DNA of 64,000 nt from Neocallimastix sp. 'constans' (Eukaryota). The stretch spans positions 682,001 to 746,000 of the forward strand of contig JBODTK010000015.1 in the NCBI GenBank assembly GCA_050613775.1, given 5' to 3'. Shown piece after piece: positions 1-14,337 of this stretch (position 1 is its first letter; each line of letters starts with the position of its first letter). The position numbers and the translations under genes were made by a program. Under the pieces are notes generated by a model. That model did not search any database and was not told the DNA's origin. It saw only the letters and a program-made list of their open reading frames with translations.

Positions 1-1321
1 TTAGTTCTTTATTTTTATCCATTAGATCTTTAATTTTATCCATTTGTTCTTTATTTTTCACTAATAATATTTCTCTTTCATCATTTATTGTTTTAATCTG
101 TTCAGATAATGTCTTTTCATTATTTTTAATAATTTCAATTTTTTCTAGTAATTCCTCTTTTCTTTTATTGTCTTCTAATAATTCCTTATTTTTATTCTCT
201 TTTCTTTTATTGTCTTCTAGTAATTCCTTATTTCTATTCTCTTTTCTTTTATTGTCTTCTAGTAATTCCTTATTTCTATTCTCTTTTCTTTTATTGTCTT
301 CTAATAATTCCTTATTTCTATTTTCTTTTCTTTTATTGTCTTCTAATAATTCCTTATTTTTATTCTCTTTTCTTTTATTGTCTTCTAATATTATTTTTTG
401 TTTACTCTCTATTTCATTATTTCTATTTAATAATTCTTTATTTTTATCCATTAGTTCTTTATTTTTATTCATTAGATCTTTAATTTTATCCATTTGATCT
501 TTATTTTTCACTAATAATATTTCTCTTTCATCATTTATTGTTTTAATCTGTTCAGATAATGTCTTTTCGTTATTTTTAATGATTTCAATTTTTTCTAATA
601 ATTCCTCTTTTCTTTTATTGTTTTCAAATAAGGTTTTTCTTTCATCCTCTATTTCATCAATTATTTTTAATAATTCTTTTCTGTCACTTTTTAGTCCTTC
701 ATTTTCTTCTGATAATGCTTTATATTTATCTTTCATTGTTTTAATCTGTTCAGATAATGCCTTTTCATTATTTTTACTGTTTTCAATTTTTTCTAATAAT
801 TCCTTATTTTTTTCCTCTTTTCCTTTATTGTCTTCTAATAATGTCTTTTTTTCACTTTCTATTTCATTAATTCTATTTATTAATTCTTCTTCTTCATCCT
901 TTAGTTGTTTATTTTTAACTAATAATTCTTTATTTTCTACTAACAATACTTCTTTTTCACAAATTATTGTTTCTATGTCTTCTTTTAATATTTCTATATA
1001 GTCTATTATATTTCTATTATCATTTACTAATGATTTCTCCTTTTCTTTTAATGCATTATTTTCATTTTCTAACTTTCCTATCTTTTCTTTTAATTCTTTA
1101 TTTTCATTTTCTATGTTTTCTATGTTTTTAATATTTTCTAATGATTGATTTTCATTTTCTAATTTTTTATATTTTTTTTTCAAATTTTTTTTCTTTGCTT
1201 TGGCAAGTTTTTTGGAATTCTTTTTGGGTTCTACTATGAAATTTTCATTATTATCTTCATCATTCATAGATAAATCTGTACTTGTACTATTTTCACTATC
1301 ACTAAAAATGTGCACAATCAT
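1..1321 (-). CDS. Coiled-coil repeat protein, E/K/N/L-rich, partial (runs off window start)
   Basis: Minus-strand frame from ATG at 1321 reads MIVHIFSDSENSTSTDLSMNDEDNNENF...KKLENENQSLENIK...ELLEDNKRKENRNK. It is still in frame at position 2 and is absent from the ORF track, consistent with no stop in the window. The + strand ORFs here are shadows. An upstream exon cannot be excluded. Confidence 0.75.
   Translation of the reverse strand, partial: MIVHIFSDSENSTSTDLSMNDEDNNENFIVEPKKNSKKLAKAKKKNLKKKYKKLENENQSLENIKNIENIENENKELKEKIGKLENENNALKEKEKSLVNDNRNIIDYIEILKEDIETIICEKEVLLVENKELLVKNKQLKDEEEELINRINEIESEKKTLLEDNKGKEEKNKELLEKIENSKNNEKALSEQIKTMKDKYKALSEENEGLKSDRKELLKIIDEIEDERKTLFENNKRKEELLEKIEIIKNNEKTLSEQIKTINDEREILLVKNKDQMDKIKDLMNKNKELMDKNKELLNRNNEIESKQKIILEDNKRKENKNKELLEDNKRKENRNKELLEDNKRKENRNKELLEDNKRKENRNKELLEDNKRKENKNKELLEDNKRKEELLEKIEIIKNNEKTLSEQIKTINDEREILLVKNKEQMDKIKDLMDKNKEL
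148..390 (-). repeat. 42-bp (14-aa) coding tandem repeat, about 5.5 copies
   Basis: Unit TAATTCCTTATTTCTATTCTCTTTTCTTTTATTGTCTTCTA(A/G). In addition, 1-170 recurs at 451-620 (450-bp period). Confidence 0.9.
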
Positions 1322-1739
1322 TATAAAAAAATGGTTCTCTATATATATTTTATATGATTTTTTATATATAAAAATTAATAATTAAATAAATAAAAATTTA
1401 TTTAATATTAAATACTTTTATAGATAAAAATATACTTTATTTAAAGTGTTTCTTAGAGATAAATTTACATATTTAGTAGTGTAATTCAAATTATATAATA
1501 TTATTGATATAGTAATTATTTATATATTTTTTCATTTATAAGTTTTCAGTAATAAATAATCTAATTAAATAATACTGAAAAATTCTTAAAAATAAAAATA
1601 AAATAAAAAAGAAAAAAAAAAATTATGAAAATTTTCTTTTTTTTATTTTTTAATATTTTTATTTAAATACTTTCTGATGATTTAAATTTTTTTTTTTTTT
1701 GACTGAAAAATGGCATTACATTGTAATATATTATGATTA

Positions 1740-1923
1740 TATATAATATAATATAATATAATATAATATAATATAATATAATATAATATAATATAATATA
1801 ATATAATATAATATAATATAATATAATATAATATAATATAATATAATATAATATAATATAATATAATATAATATAATATAATATAATATAATATAATATA
1901 ATATAATATAATATAATATAATA
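1740..1923. repeat. (ATATA)n microsatellite
   Basis: Perfect pentamer array. Confidence 0.95.
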
Positions 1924-2019
1924 TCAATAAAAATTTTAAATAATGAAAATAAAAAAAACTTTTTTTTCATTTTTTGTCCATTTTTTTTTTAAAAAGTATT
2001 TTTAGTTTGATTGTTCATT

Positions 2020-2398
2020 ATTATTATTTATTATTCAATTATTTATTATTTATTATTTATTATTTATTATTTATTATTTATTATTTATTATTTATTATTT
2101 ATTATTTATTATTTATTATTTATTATTTATTATTTATTATTTATTATTTATTAATAAATACTCTTATTATTATTTATTATTTATTATTCAATTATTTATT
2201 ATTTATTATTTATTATTCAATTATTTATTATTAATTATTTATTATTTATTATTTATTATTTATTATTTATTATTTATTATTTATTATTTATTATTTATTA
2301 TTTATTATTTATTATTTATTATTTATTATTTATTATTTATTATTTATTATTTATTATTTATTATTTATTATTTATTATTTATTATTTATTATTATTTA
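2020..2398. repeat. (TTATTTA)n heptamer array
   Basis: Direct reading. The same family occurs at ~32000-32350, 36970-37290, 39710-39960, 50270-50620, 58550-58740 and 62610-63130. Confidence 0.9.
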
Positions 2399-3041
2399 TA
2401 ATAGAATTAATATAATAGTATTAATTTATTTATAATAGGATAATAATAAAAATTCAATATATTTATTATATTGTAATATATAATATAAATATATTATAAT
2501 ATATTTTAATTGAAAATGAAAAATAAAATTTTTTTTTAAAAATGGACATAAAAAATTAAAAACTGAAACACCCACAAAAATAAAAAAAAAAAAAAAAGAA
2601 AAAAAATAAAGAAAAAATATATATAAATAAAATATTTTATATTTTATATTTTATTATTAAATTATTTTTTTTATATTTTATATTTTATATTTCATATTTT
2701 ATATTTCATATTTTATATTTTATATTTTTTATTTTATATTTTATATTTTTTATTTTATATTTTATATTTTATATTTTATATTTTATATTTTATATTTTAT
2801 ATTTTATATTTTATATTTTATATTTTATATTTTATTATTAAATTATTTATTTTATATTTTATATTCTATTTAATGAAGTGAAGAATTAAATACTGTATTT
2901 GAGAATTTATAATAAATCTTTTGTATACTTTAAGCAATATCAAAAAGAATAATATTAAAATTATATATAAGATACTATTTTAATATTATAATACTTATAT
3001 AGTTAATTATTAGATATTTATTTATATATTTATTAATTAAT

Positions 3042-3097
<56 letters not shown>

Positions 3098-3129
3098 TAA
3101 TTTTACTAATTTTTACCAATTATTATTTA

Positions 3130-3287
3130 ACTTTAATAATTTTAGTATTCTTTAGTTCTTCATTTTATACTAACAATGATTTATTTTTATCTTTCTTTGT
3201 TTTAATCTGTTCAGATTATATCTTTTCATTATTTTTAATGATTCCAATTTTTCTTAATAATTCCTTATATTTATTTTCTTACTGCAT
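3130..3287 (-). pseudogene. Decayed fragment paralogous to the coiled-coil gene
   Basis: Translates ENKYKELLRKIGIIKNNEKI*SEQIKTKKDKNKSLLV*NEELK, matching ELLEKIENSKNNEKALSEQIKTMKD of the 1-1321 gene, with in-frame stops. Confidence 0.7.
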
Positions 3288-3769
3288 TCAATATATAAAA
3301 GTTTTATATATTGAATTTACTTGTTATTTCTAAATTTTAATTTTATTTTATATATATATATATTATTTATTTATTTATTTATTTATTTTTTACCAATACT
3401 TTACGAAATATTTAAAAAATTTTAATGTCTAAAAAAAAGAAAATAATAAATAATTGGGAATAATTTCGATATATAAGCATAATACTAATATTATTAGTAA
3501 AATATATATATATATTTTTTTTTAAAAAAAAATATAAGATATATTAAATATTGATAAATTGTATTATATAATATAATATTCAATGGTAAAAAGATATTTA
3601 ATAAAAAAATATTTAATAATAGCATTAAAAAAAATATTTTAAAAAAATTTTTAAAAGAATAAATAATAATAATAAATAATAATAATAATCAAATAATAAA
3701 TAATAATAATAATAATAATAATAAATAATAATAATAGATAATAATAATAATAATAGATAATAATAATAA

Positions 3770-3962
3770 TAATAGATAAATTATTGTTAGAAAAATAATA
3801 ATAATAATAATAATAGATAAATTATTGTTAGAAAAATAATAATAATAATAATAATAGATAAATTATTGTTAGAAAAATAATAATAATAATAATAGATAAA
3901 TTATTGTTAGAAAAATAATAATAATAATAATAGATAAATTAATGTTAGAAAAATAATAATAA
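3770..3962. repeat. Minisatellite, core AGATAAATTATTGTTAGAAAA plus (AAT)n, 4 copies
   Basis: Direct reading. Confidence 0.9.
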
Positions 3963-4200
3963 TACAAATTTTTTTTTTACGCTATAAAAATTTTAAATAT
4001 TTAATTCAATTTTTATTTTAAATAATCAAAACAATTTTCAAATTGTTTCAATATAATTTAAAAACTGTAGTATTATTTTTATTTTCATTAAAAAATTGGA
4101 AAGTTAATAAAAAAAATATTAATTATTATTTATAAATATTTTATTCTTTCCTATTATTATTATTATTATTAATTAATAAGTTACTAATAAGTTATTTTTA

Positions 4201-4246
<46 letters not shown>

Positions 4247-5391
4247 GCTTATAATATTTACAATTATAATATTTATCAAATTATATAAATATTTATATAA
4301 TTGTTTAGTTATTTATTGAATTGGTTTAATTATTTATTAACTTGTTTATTTTAAAGCATTAATTATTTATAAATTATCAATTATTTATTATTATTTTATT
4401 TTTCATAATTCAAATTAAAATTTTGAAAAACAATCTATTAAAATATTAAAAATATTATTTTTAAGAATATTAAAATTTTATTTAGAATTTTAATATTAAT
4501 AATTATTTCATCATTATTGGAGTATTTTAAATGATAGTCACATAAATACCAAAAATTAATTTGGGCTTCCATATGAATTTGATTTGACTAATTATATGAT
4601 CATCATAATGTTACAGATTTAAAAGATTCACTATCATATTAAAAATAAAAAAAATATACAAAATGGAAAAAATAAAATTCCAAAGGTAAAGTTTTAATGA
4701 AATAAGGGCTTAAAAGATGGTAATAACATACTAAATTTTTTTGGTGAATTTCTTCATTTTCAATTATAATACTTTCAAAAGAAGATGATCCAATGACTTA
4801 TAACATTTTAAATAACAACAAAAAATTTTTATAATTCTTTAAGAAACTTCTTAAAGAGTCTTATGGGAGATAATATTAATAATACTTTTCTTACTACCGT
4901 AAGAGAAGCTTACCATTCTTTTCTCCATGGTAAAAAAAAAAAATATTATACAAAGGAAAAATCTTCCTTATATTCAATTTTAAATAAAAATAAAAATATA
5001 TTTCAGTTTGAATAAATCCCTTACCTTCCCCCCCCCAAAAAAAAAAAAAGTGTGATATATGAAAAATATTTAGTTATGAATAAGAATAGTTTAAAATCAA
5101 AGAAGTACTAGAACATAATTGTTCTTCAACTTACCTCAAAGAAAATGCAATAATTTTATGCTTTACAATTTTGGTACCATTGTGACTTTTGATTTTTAAA
5201 AAAATACAAATAAATATTCCAATTCTTACTGTGAAATCCATTTAGAGATATATGTGAACTGCTTCAAACATTAAATTCAATTCGTATTAGAAATATAGTA
5301 AAGGAAAAAAAAGTTTAATGCCAGTTTTTTTTTTTTTTTTATCATCCAGATTAATAATTCCAATGGTTTTAAGACAAAAGCTTAATTGATC

Positions 5392-5434
<43 letters not shown>

Positions 5435-6779
5435 TATTCAAAAAAAAAATTTATTGAACACCTTAAATATATGGAATAAATCTTTTGGTGATAAAAAAGT
5501 TGAAATGAATCTTTTTATATTCACATTTTTAGTATTAAATTTTATTCACGATATTAGTTGCCATCTTCGTCTTTTTCATCATTTTTAAAATTTTTCCTAA
5601 GCATTCCTCTATTAAAATAATGTCACCACAATTAACCAATACATATTAGATATTATCATGAGAATCATGTTCCCTTAATTTTGTCAGTTAGTGAGTACAT
5701 GTTTCTTATATCATATGAGTTCACTATTAAACTTTTTTTTATCAATAATTGTGTGTACATTCCACTCTTTTCTGCCATTGTTTTCTATATGTATTATATA
5801 TCTTCACAAAGATTTTGAGTGTTTCCCACAGTGAAAAAGTACATGACAAAAGATTAATAATTTATATTACTATTACCATAATTAACTCCTTTTTTTGCTT
5901 AATACGGAATCTCCTATTTTGATTATTAAAATTTAAAAAATTTTTGTTCTTTGACGTACTATCTTTTATGATATGTACATATGATTTTGATAAACATTAA
6001 TTATTTTCCAATATTTACTCTTCAATAATTGTAATTTTTTTTTTTTTTTTTTTTGCAATATATAAATATATTTAATGTTTAATTTTATAATATACCTATT
6101 TGAATATTTATTACTTTATCCTTTCTATATACATTTTCTATATACATTACATAAAAAAATAGCAATTTGATTTTAATAATTATTTTTATAATTTCTATAC
6201 TTTACATATATATAAAATATTTAAATTTATTAATAAATATTCTATCCTATATATTAGTTTAGTAATAATGATGGCTATGACCATTAAAGTTCGTAAATTC
6301 TCAAAGAAAAATGAGGATATATCAGATTTATATACTATTCATTGTTTTACCTTTATTATCAACATTTTTCTTCGAAATCAAATTTGCTTCCATCTTTAAA
6401 ACGAATGGAACTTCTGTTGAGGTACCTTCTTTTCTTAAATTGATAAGTATTCATATGTTCATTTCTATTATCATGATTTATTTCCTAATTAGAAATAGGC
6501 TGATATACATCAGAAAGAATCCTGTAAAAAATAAGGATGACTTATAACATAAAAATGGCATTGATAACTTAATCTCTTTAATTTTATTCCAATAATTTAT
6601 CCCTTTCCAGCCAATAGGCATTAGATACTTGAAGAAGAGAAAATTGTCAATTAGTTCGAAGGAAACATAAATTTTGTTGTTAAAAAGAGAGGAAACTGTT
6701 ATTGGAAAGGAAAAGTATTTATGTTGATAATGAGGAATAAGGATAGATTTTAATTATTTAAAAGAAAGGAGTAAAAGTT

Positions 6780-7330
6780 CAAAGTTTTAAGAGTGAAGAA
6801 CTGAAAGTGAGACATCTTTACTTGAAGAAAAGTCAGGATATTATAAAGAAGGCTTCGATGATCCGAAGATATGGTGAAAGAAATGGAAGCACAGTTAATC
6901 AAGTGACGCCAATTTTAGAAAGAATCAACAATTGCAAGTAGTTCTTATCGTAGATGGAATAAAATTTTTATTTTTTTGGGCTGAAGTTATAGAATGAAAA
7001 TAAAAAAAGCAAAATTGGATGAATAAAATAGAATTGTCAAACCAAAGAAGTTGGGAGGGAACAGAATCAGATTCGATGACGATATAAGAAAGATCATAAT
7101 TAGGAGAAGTAGTGAACTTACACTTTGAGTATCTTTAGATCAAACAAATTTTTGCAATTTTACCTTGTGAGTTTATTAAGAGGATGAGTGATTTTAGAAA
7201 AGTTAAACAATAAGTTATTGATAATATTTCAAACCAGCAATAAAAGATTGAACATCTTTGACAAATTTTAAAATAGGCTATTTTAAGGAGAGCGCAAACA
7301 TTTTTAGGTGTCCATTAAGATATCATTAGG
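6780..7330 (-). mobile_element. Degenerate Ty3/gypsy pol remnant (RT thumb to RNase H)
   Basis: Minus-strand pieces VKDVQSF, NFSKITHPLNKLTR, VIESD, YSIYD, ELLAIVDSF*NWRHLI and FTISSDHRSLLY occur in canonical gypsy order, with frameshifts and stops. Confidence 0.8.
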
Positions 7331-7827
7331 GGAAATTCTGTGATTAAGGAAATAGAGATATGGAACAAAGAATTCCTATTTATTTTCAGACATTTGAAAA
7401 TTTAAAAATGGTATTAATGCTATGATATCCAATTTAAAAATATGTTTACTTTAAAAATATATTTAATAATTATTAAAAATAAATTTATCTTTGTATTATA
7501 ATATAATTATGGGCTCAGAAAACCCTCTGACAATCCAATTCTTTATTCTAATAATATTTCAGACTCAGAATCTCTCTCTGAAAATCTGATAAATTAATTC
7601 AGATTCGAAAATACCCTTCGAAAATCTGAAACAAAAAAAAATCTTTTTTAAAATTCAGACTCAAAAACGCTATTTGAAAATCTGAAGCTTTTTATTATGA
7701 ATTTTAATATTTATTATATTTTCTTAATTTTATTAATTTATTTTGTAATAATAACTTCTTTATTTAATTTTATTTAATACCTTTATTTCTTTTATTAAAA
7801 TATAAAATAAAATAAATGCATAAATAC

Positions 7828-8325
7828 TTAAATAATAATCATATATATATTATATATATTATTTCTTCTATCTTTTCTTCTAGGATTTAAAAAACATTCA
7901 TCGGTAGTGTGTCCGTGTCTATGGCAAATATGACAATATTTTTCTTTTTCTTTATCTTTATCAAAATCATTGTTAAATTTATATGGTAATTTACCATTTC
8001 TAATTCTATTAACCGAAAGCTCTTGTGTAGTTTCGTTGCTATAGTCAATTTTCTTTATGTCTTTGTATTTTTTAATAAAAACGCTAGTCAAGGCTATTCG
8101 TTCTTTTAATTCTTCAAAGGTTTTAAATTCGACTAAAAGTACTGGAGGAACTCCAAATTTAACAATTTCTTCAGCTGAAAGTAAAATTTTAGTTTCTTCG
8201 TCTAATTTTGTTTTTTCACATCTTTTTGATTCCTTATCCTGAAGTTGAACTAAGTAATTTAATTTGTCTATATATAGTTTTATATCGTCATTTTCGACCT
8301 CTAGTTTCTTTATTTGGTATTCAAT
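7828..8325 (-). mobile_element. Retrotransposon Gag fragment with CCHC zinc knuckle
   Basis: Open frame IEYQIKKLEVENDDIKLYIDKLNYL...KYCHICHRHGHTTDECFLNP contains CX2CX4HX4C. Superfamily not determined. Confidence 0.7.
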
Positions 8326-10218
8326 TTAATATAATTTTGAAGGTCCAATATAATTATTTATATCCCTTAAATTATATATAATATATATAGTTAAATAGAT
8401 TTAAAGTTGAACTACTAAAAAAAAAAATTATTCAGTATTATATATATTATGCTGTGGAATATTTAATTTTTTATGATTTGAAAAGGATTTATATATAATA
8501 TATATGTATATATATTAATCATAATGTTTTTCAAAAAGTAAATAATTAAAATACAGAGTGTGATATTTGATACTAGTGGAAAAAAAAAAAAAAATTTCCA
8601 TTTTGGATAATAAAAATGTATAAATTATTAATAAAAAATATTTGAATTGATCAATAATGAATATATTATTAAATATATTAATTAATTATAAAATTAAAAT
8701 TATAATGTTAATAATAAATAAAATATATTAATATTTTATAAATAAATAAATAAATAAATAAAATATAAAATAAATAATTTTTTTGTTTTATTTAAGCTTA
8801 AATAATTGCTGAGTTTTTTTTTAAAATTAAATATTTACATAAGAATTCCTTTTTTATTTTTTTTTTTTTTTTTTAGTTTTATTTTATATAAAACTAAAAA
8901 TTTTAATATTATTAAAGATATTTTTTATTTTTCATTATTATACTTGAAATAAAAAAAAAAAAAAGAAAAGAAAAGAAAAAATTATAAAGAAAACTTAAAA
9001 GGCTTCCAAATATATTTTTAATTTAATTATATTATTAAAGCTTGATTTTTAAATTTGATTATATTATTATAGCTTTATTGAATCTAGTGCGTTTCGCATT
9101 GTGACGTTTTTTTGTATGTGGCTTGTTCTTTTAATAGTTAATAAATAATAATTAAATAAATAATAAATATTCTTTTTTTTATATTTATAATTTATTAATA
9201 TTCAATTATAAAAATAATTTTTTATAACTTTTTTTATTATTTATTATTATTAATTAATTAGTATTTTATTTAAGTTTTTTATAAAAAATAGAGAAGTTAA
9301 TTAAAAATAAAATAAAATTTAATTAACTTCTTTAATTTTTTAAAAAACAAAAGTTTTTTTATTATTTATTATCATTAATTAATTAGTATTTTATTTTATT
9401 TTATTTTTAATTAACTTCTCTATTTTTTTAAAAAACTAAAGTTCAAAAATAATTTATATTTTTTTTTTTTTTTTATTTGGTTCTTTTAATTTTTTTTTTT
9501 GTAATGATAATAAAATGATAATGTATTAATAACAAAATATAATTTTTCTTAATAAAATATCAAGATTAAATATATATATACATATATTTTAATAGTAAAT
9601 ATTAGCAGTATAATAATCTTTTAAAAGTAATATTATTACTTTTTAAAAAATATTAATGATCACAAGAAATAATGGTAGTAGTAAACATTATTTTTAATTA
9701 ATATAAATAACGATTCAATAATTTTTTTTTCTTTAACTATAGATATATTTAGTATAATAAAAAATTATATAAAGTAAAAAGATAAATTTATTTTTAATAA
9801 TAATAAAAGCATATACAGTATCTATGAAGTTAATAAATGAATAATTTTATATATCAATATATATATAATAAATAAAATATCTTCAACCCTATTAAAACAC
9901 CTAACCTTATTATAGAGCTTTTTTTTTTAGTTTTTAATATATTATATGATATTATAAATGAGAATTATAAATGCTTAGTATTTCATAAATTATAACATAA
10001 AAAAAAAATAAAATAAAAAAAATTAAAAATTATATAGTAAATATTTAAAATTAGTTAAAACAATGATTATTTAGCATATATAATCTATATTTTAATTTTT
10101 TAGACAATCTATTTTAAAAATAATTATTTATACAAATAATAAATAATAAATTATTTTATAAACTTTCAATCTCTATTGATTAGTTAATTATACAAAAGTA
10201 ATATATAATTCTATTAAG

Positions 10219-10250
<32 letters not shown>

Positions 10251-10641
10251 TAAAAAAAATTAGAATTACATAAATTTTTTAGTACTAAAGAAAAAAATTA
10301 TTTTTATTTATTTAAAAAAAAAAATGTTTCTATTTGTTTTTGTTTTTATTTGTTTATAAATATTTTTTATTATTTTATTTTTACCATAATTAGAATCGAT
10401 TATTACAAAAGAAAAGAAAATAAAAAATAGTAATAATATAAATTATTATATATTTTTAATTAAATAATTTATTGGCTACTTTATCATTATGTTTTATAAA
10501 ACATTTTTTTTTTTTTAATTTTTAATTTAAATTTATTTAATACTTTAATCAGTTTTTTTTTTTTTTTTTTTTTGAAATAATTTAATTTTTAAAAAGTTTT
10601 ATATATATATATATATATTATTGAATTTTAGTACTTTATTT

Positions 10642-10982
10642 TTACATTGGAGGAAGAGAAAAGAATGACTGTAATTCTTCATTAGAAAATTCATTAACTG
10701 ATTTCAAATTAGGTTCCTTCTGATCAAAATAAATAGATTCATTTTTATTATTTAATGAATTTTCTATTGAATCTGTTTTAATCGAAGAAATTTTATCAAC
10801 TTTAATATTTTAATATTCATAAAATGTTATTTAGTAGTCATCGATTAAAAAAAAAAAAATTTTTTTTTTATATTAATTGATATTTAAATATAAATGAAAA
10901 TTCGTACATTTTTAATTAGTTATTTATTTAAATATATATATATAATTATATCATAAAATTATCCAACTTCAAGAATAAAGAA

Positions 10983-11041
<59 letters not shown>

Positions 11042-11383
11042 TAAAACTTACAACTGTTTTCATTTCTATAAATTCGAATAAAGGCTCCAATAACCAGTAA
11101 TTCATCCTCAAGTAATGGTTTTTTGGATTCTTCATTAATTATGCTTCTAAGATCTTTCTTAAGTATAAAGTTTTTAAATCCGTATTCGTAGCATTCTTTC
11201 TTGAAACAAACAGGACTATCACATACTTTGGTTTATATTATTAAAATATATTTATAAAAATATTTAAAAATATAATGATTAAATATAAATTAAAATAAAA
11301 TATATATTTGTATTTATGTATATTTATAAATATATATATATATATATATATATCAAAAATTATAATATTTAATAAAAATTTTT

Positions 11384-11481
<98 letters not shown>

Positions 11482-11818
11482 GTTATTATTAATAATAAAA
11501 TATATTTTAGTATAATATTAATAAATTTAAAAAAAAAAAATTAAACAAAGTTTTTTTAAAAATATTAATTAAATTATTATTAGATATTAAAATTTCATAA
11601 TTACGTTGCATTTTAATACAGGATTGATCCTTATAATTTCGAATATATAATATATAATTTACAATAATTTTTGAATTTTTATTAAAACATTCATCACTTT
11701 CATCAAAATTTAGACATTTTAGATATAACGATAGATAATCCTTATTAGCATCATCATCATCATTTAAAATTAACGATATTCTCCTTTTTAATATAAAGAA
11801 AAAATAAAAACAAAAATA

Positions 11819-11892
<74 letters not shown>

Positions 11893-12285
11893 TAATAATA
11901 ATAATAATAAAATTTATATAATATATATATTATATTATAAAAAGATTATATTTAAAATAATTAATGGTTTTATTTAATTTTTTTTATAATATACACTAAT
12001 AATTATATATTTATACTTGATTTATTATATTTTATATATATATAGATAGATAAATAAATTTATTTATTATAATAAAAAAATTATTTTTTTATCATTTATT
12101 TTTAATACTTACCATTTATAACAATTTACCACGAAATCTTTTGTATATGGAATATTTACTTTATCATAATAATTTATCTCGCGTTCACAATTACTTTCAC
12201 CAATATAATTGCTTAAAATGATATTAGGATTATTGCTTTCTTTAATTTCATTTATGGCGGTCTTAAATCTTTCAATTAATTTTTC

Positions 12286-12316
<31 letters not shown>

Positions 12317-12689
12317 TAAAATAAAAAAAAAAAAAAATAAAAAATATTAAAGATTTAATAATATATTAAAAATTATTTTATGTATAAGATAATGTAATAA
12401 TTCTAAACAATTTCATTATTTAAATTATTTTATGATCTAAAAAAAAAAAAAAAATACCATCTATATTAAGACTTAATATATGACCATATACTCCAAAAAT
12501 AATTTTTGAACTCTCTTCAGAAGATTCATTTTTGTCATTATTTAATATATCACCCAATTTTAAAGGATGCAATGAATAAATGTCTGAATTGAATTTATTA
12601 AAATTACTAATATATGAAGATTCTTTATTCATATAATAATGTTGAAATATATATATATATATATTAATAAAAATAAATATTCAATATTC

Positions 12690-12740
<51 letters not shown>

Positions 12741-12979
12741 TTATACATTTAAAAAAATTTTTTTTCTGTGTGTGTATATAAAAAAATATTACCTAATACT
12801 TTAAAATCATAACTATTATATTTACGAACATAGATAATGTATTGTAATTGATGGAATGAATTATTAAACAAATCTTCATTAAAACCTATACATTTTAATG
12901 ATAAAGAAAAGTTTTTTTCATCATTTGTACTTTTATTATTTCTATATAATGATAATCTCCTGTAAATTTTATTATTATA

Positions 12980-13048
<69 letters not shown>

Positions 13049-13716
13049 TTCAAATAATATTTATAATTTAACAAAAAAGGTGTAATATATATATTATATT
13101 AGCATATATATTAGATATAAATATATATTATTAGTAATACTTTTAACTTCAATCATTATTATTAAAATAATAAAAATTTTTATTATTATTATTTTTTTTT
13201 AAATTCTTACCATGTATTTTTACAAAAACAGTAATCTTTAACATATGGTATGTCAATTCTTTCATCATATATAATTGTTCGCTCAATATAATCTTCCATA
13301 ATTACTTTGCCTACTTCTTTTTCGTTATTACTATTAATTAATGATTCCTTTAATTTATTTCTATATTGATCTTTTTTTAAAAAAAAATTAATATTCATAA
13401 TTTGCAAAATAGTTTAGTTATAAAATGATTTTTAATGTTAAATTAATTATTTCAATATATTTAAATATTGAATTGTTAATTATCATTTTTTTTAAAAAAA
13501 AAATCATTAAAATATATTATCAAACCTAATTCATTATTATTATCAACTACAGAGATATAGGCCGCAATTTTAATTTTGTTACATTCTAATAGTGACTTTT
13601 CATATTCACAAAAATACATTTTAAATTTTTCAATGTATTGAACAAAACCATGTTCTGAATTATTTTTATTAAAACAATAAACATAATCACGATCTATTTA
13701 TTGAAAACATTTATTC

Positions 13717-13755
<39 letters not shown>

Positions 13756-14201
13756 AATATCAAATAATGATTATTTTAATTAAAAAATTAAAAAAGATAA
13801 TTTTTATACAAAATGTAAACTCATAAGTTTTCAGTTTTTAATTATTTTAATAATATAATAATAATAATTAATTTAAAATAAAATTTATATTATAATTATT
13901 ATTATTATTATTATTATTTTTCAATTACTTTCAACATGATTAAACGTGGATTCATTAGGATTAATAATACATAATGCGAATTTAACATATACATTTGAAT
14001 TTTCATTAGAATCTTCTTCTGTAAAATCAAGGCACTTCAAAAACATTGATACGTAATCTATATTACTATTATATTTTCCATTTGGATATAGGCATATTTC
14101 CCTTTCAAATTATATATAAATTATATATTGATTATTGGTTTTAAAATTTATATTATTATCTTATTTATTTATATATTTATTATTGTTAATGTTACTTTTG
14201 C

Positions 14202-14283
<82 letters not shown>

Positions 14284-14289
14284 ATTATA

Positions 14290-14337
<48 letters not shown>

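Noticed and set aside
168..1385. + strand Ser/Leu/Phe-rich ORFs
   Set aside because: Antisense shadow of the minus-strand coiled-coil gene.
1682..2234. ORFs of ILYYI / IIYYLLF repeats (also 11308, 14128, 31953, 36892, 40510, 47091, 50332)
   Set aside because: Translations of microsatellites that lack stop codons.
4500..5900. Slightly GC-richer stretch with peptide-like pieces (e.g. FLTTVREAYHSFLHG), possibly a decayed DNA transposase
   Set aside because: Too fragmented to assign without a translated HMM search.
7513..7686. CRISPR-like appearance of palindromic repeats with spacers
   Set aside because: Repeats are too divergent, spacers are irregular and low-complexity, the context is eukaryotic, and there are no cas genes.
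9084..9100. Mini-hairpin TGCG-AAA-CGCA followed by CTAG on the minus strand, like a Helitron 3' end
   Set aside because: The stem is very short, there is no spacer before CTAG, the following base is A rather than T, and no 5' end was identified.
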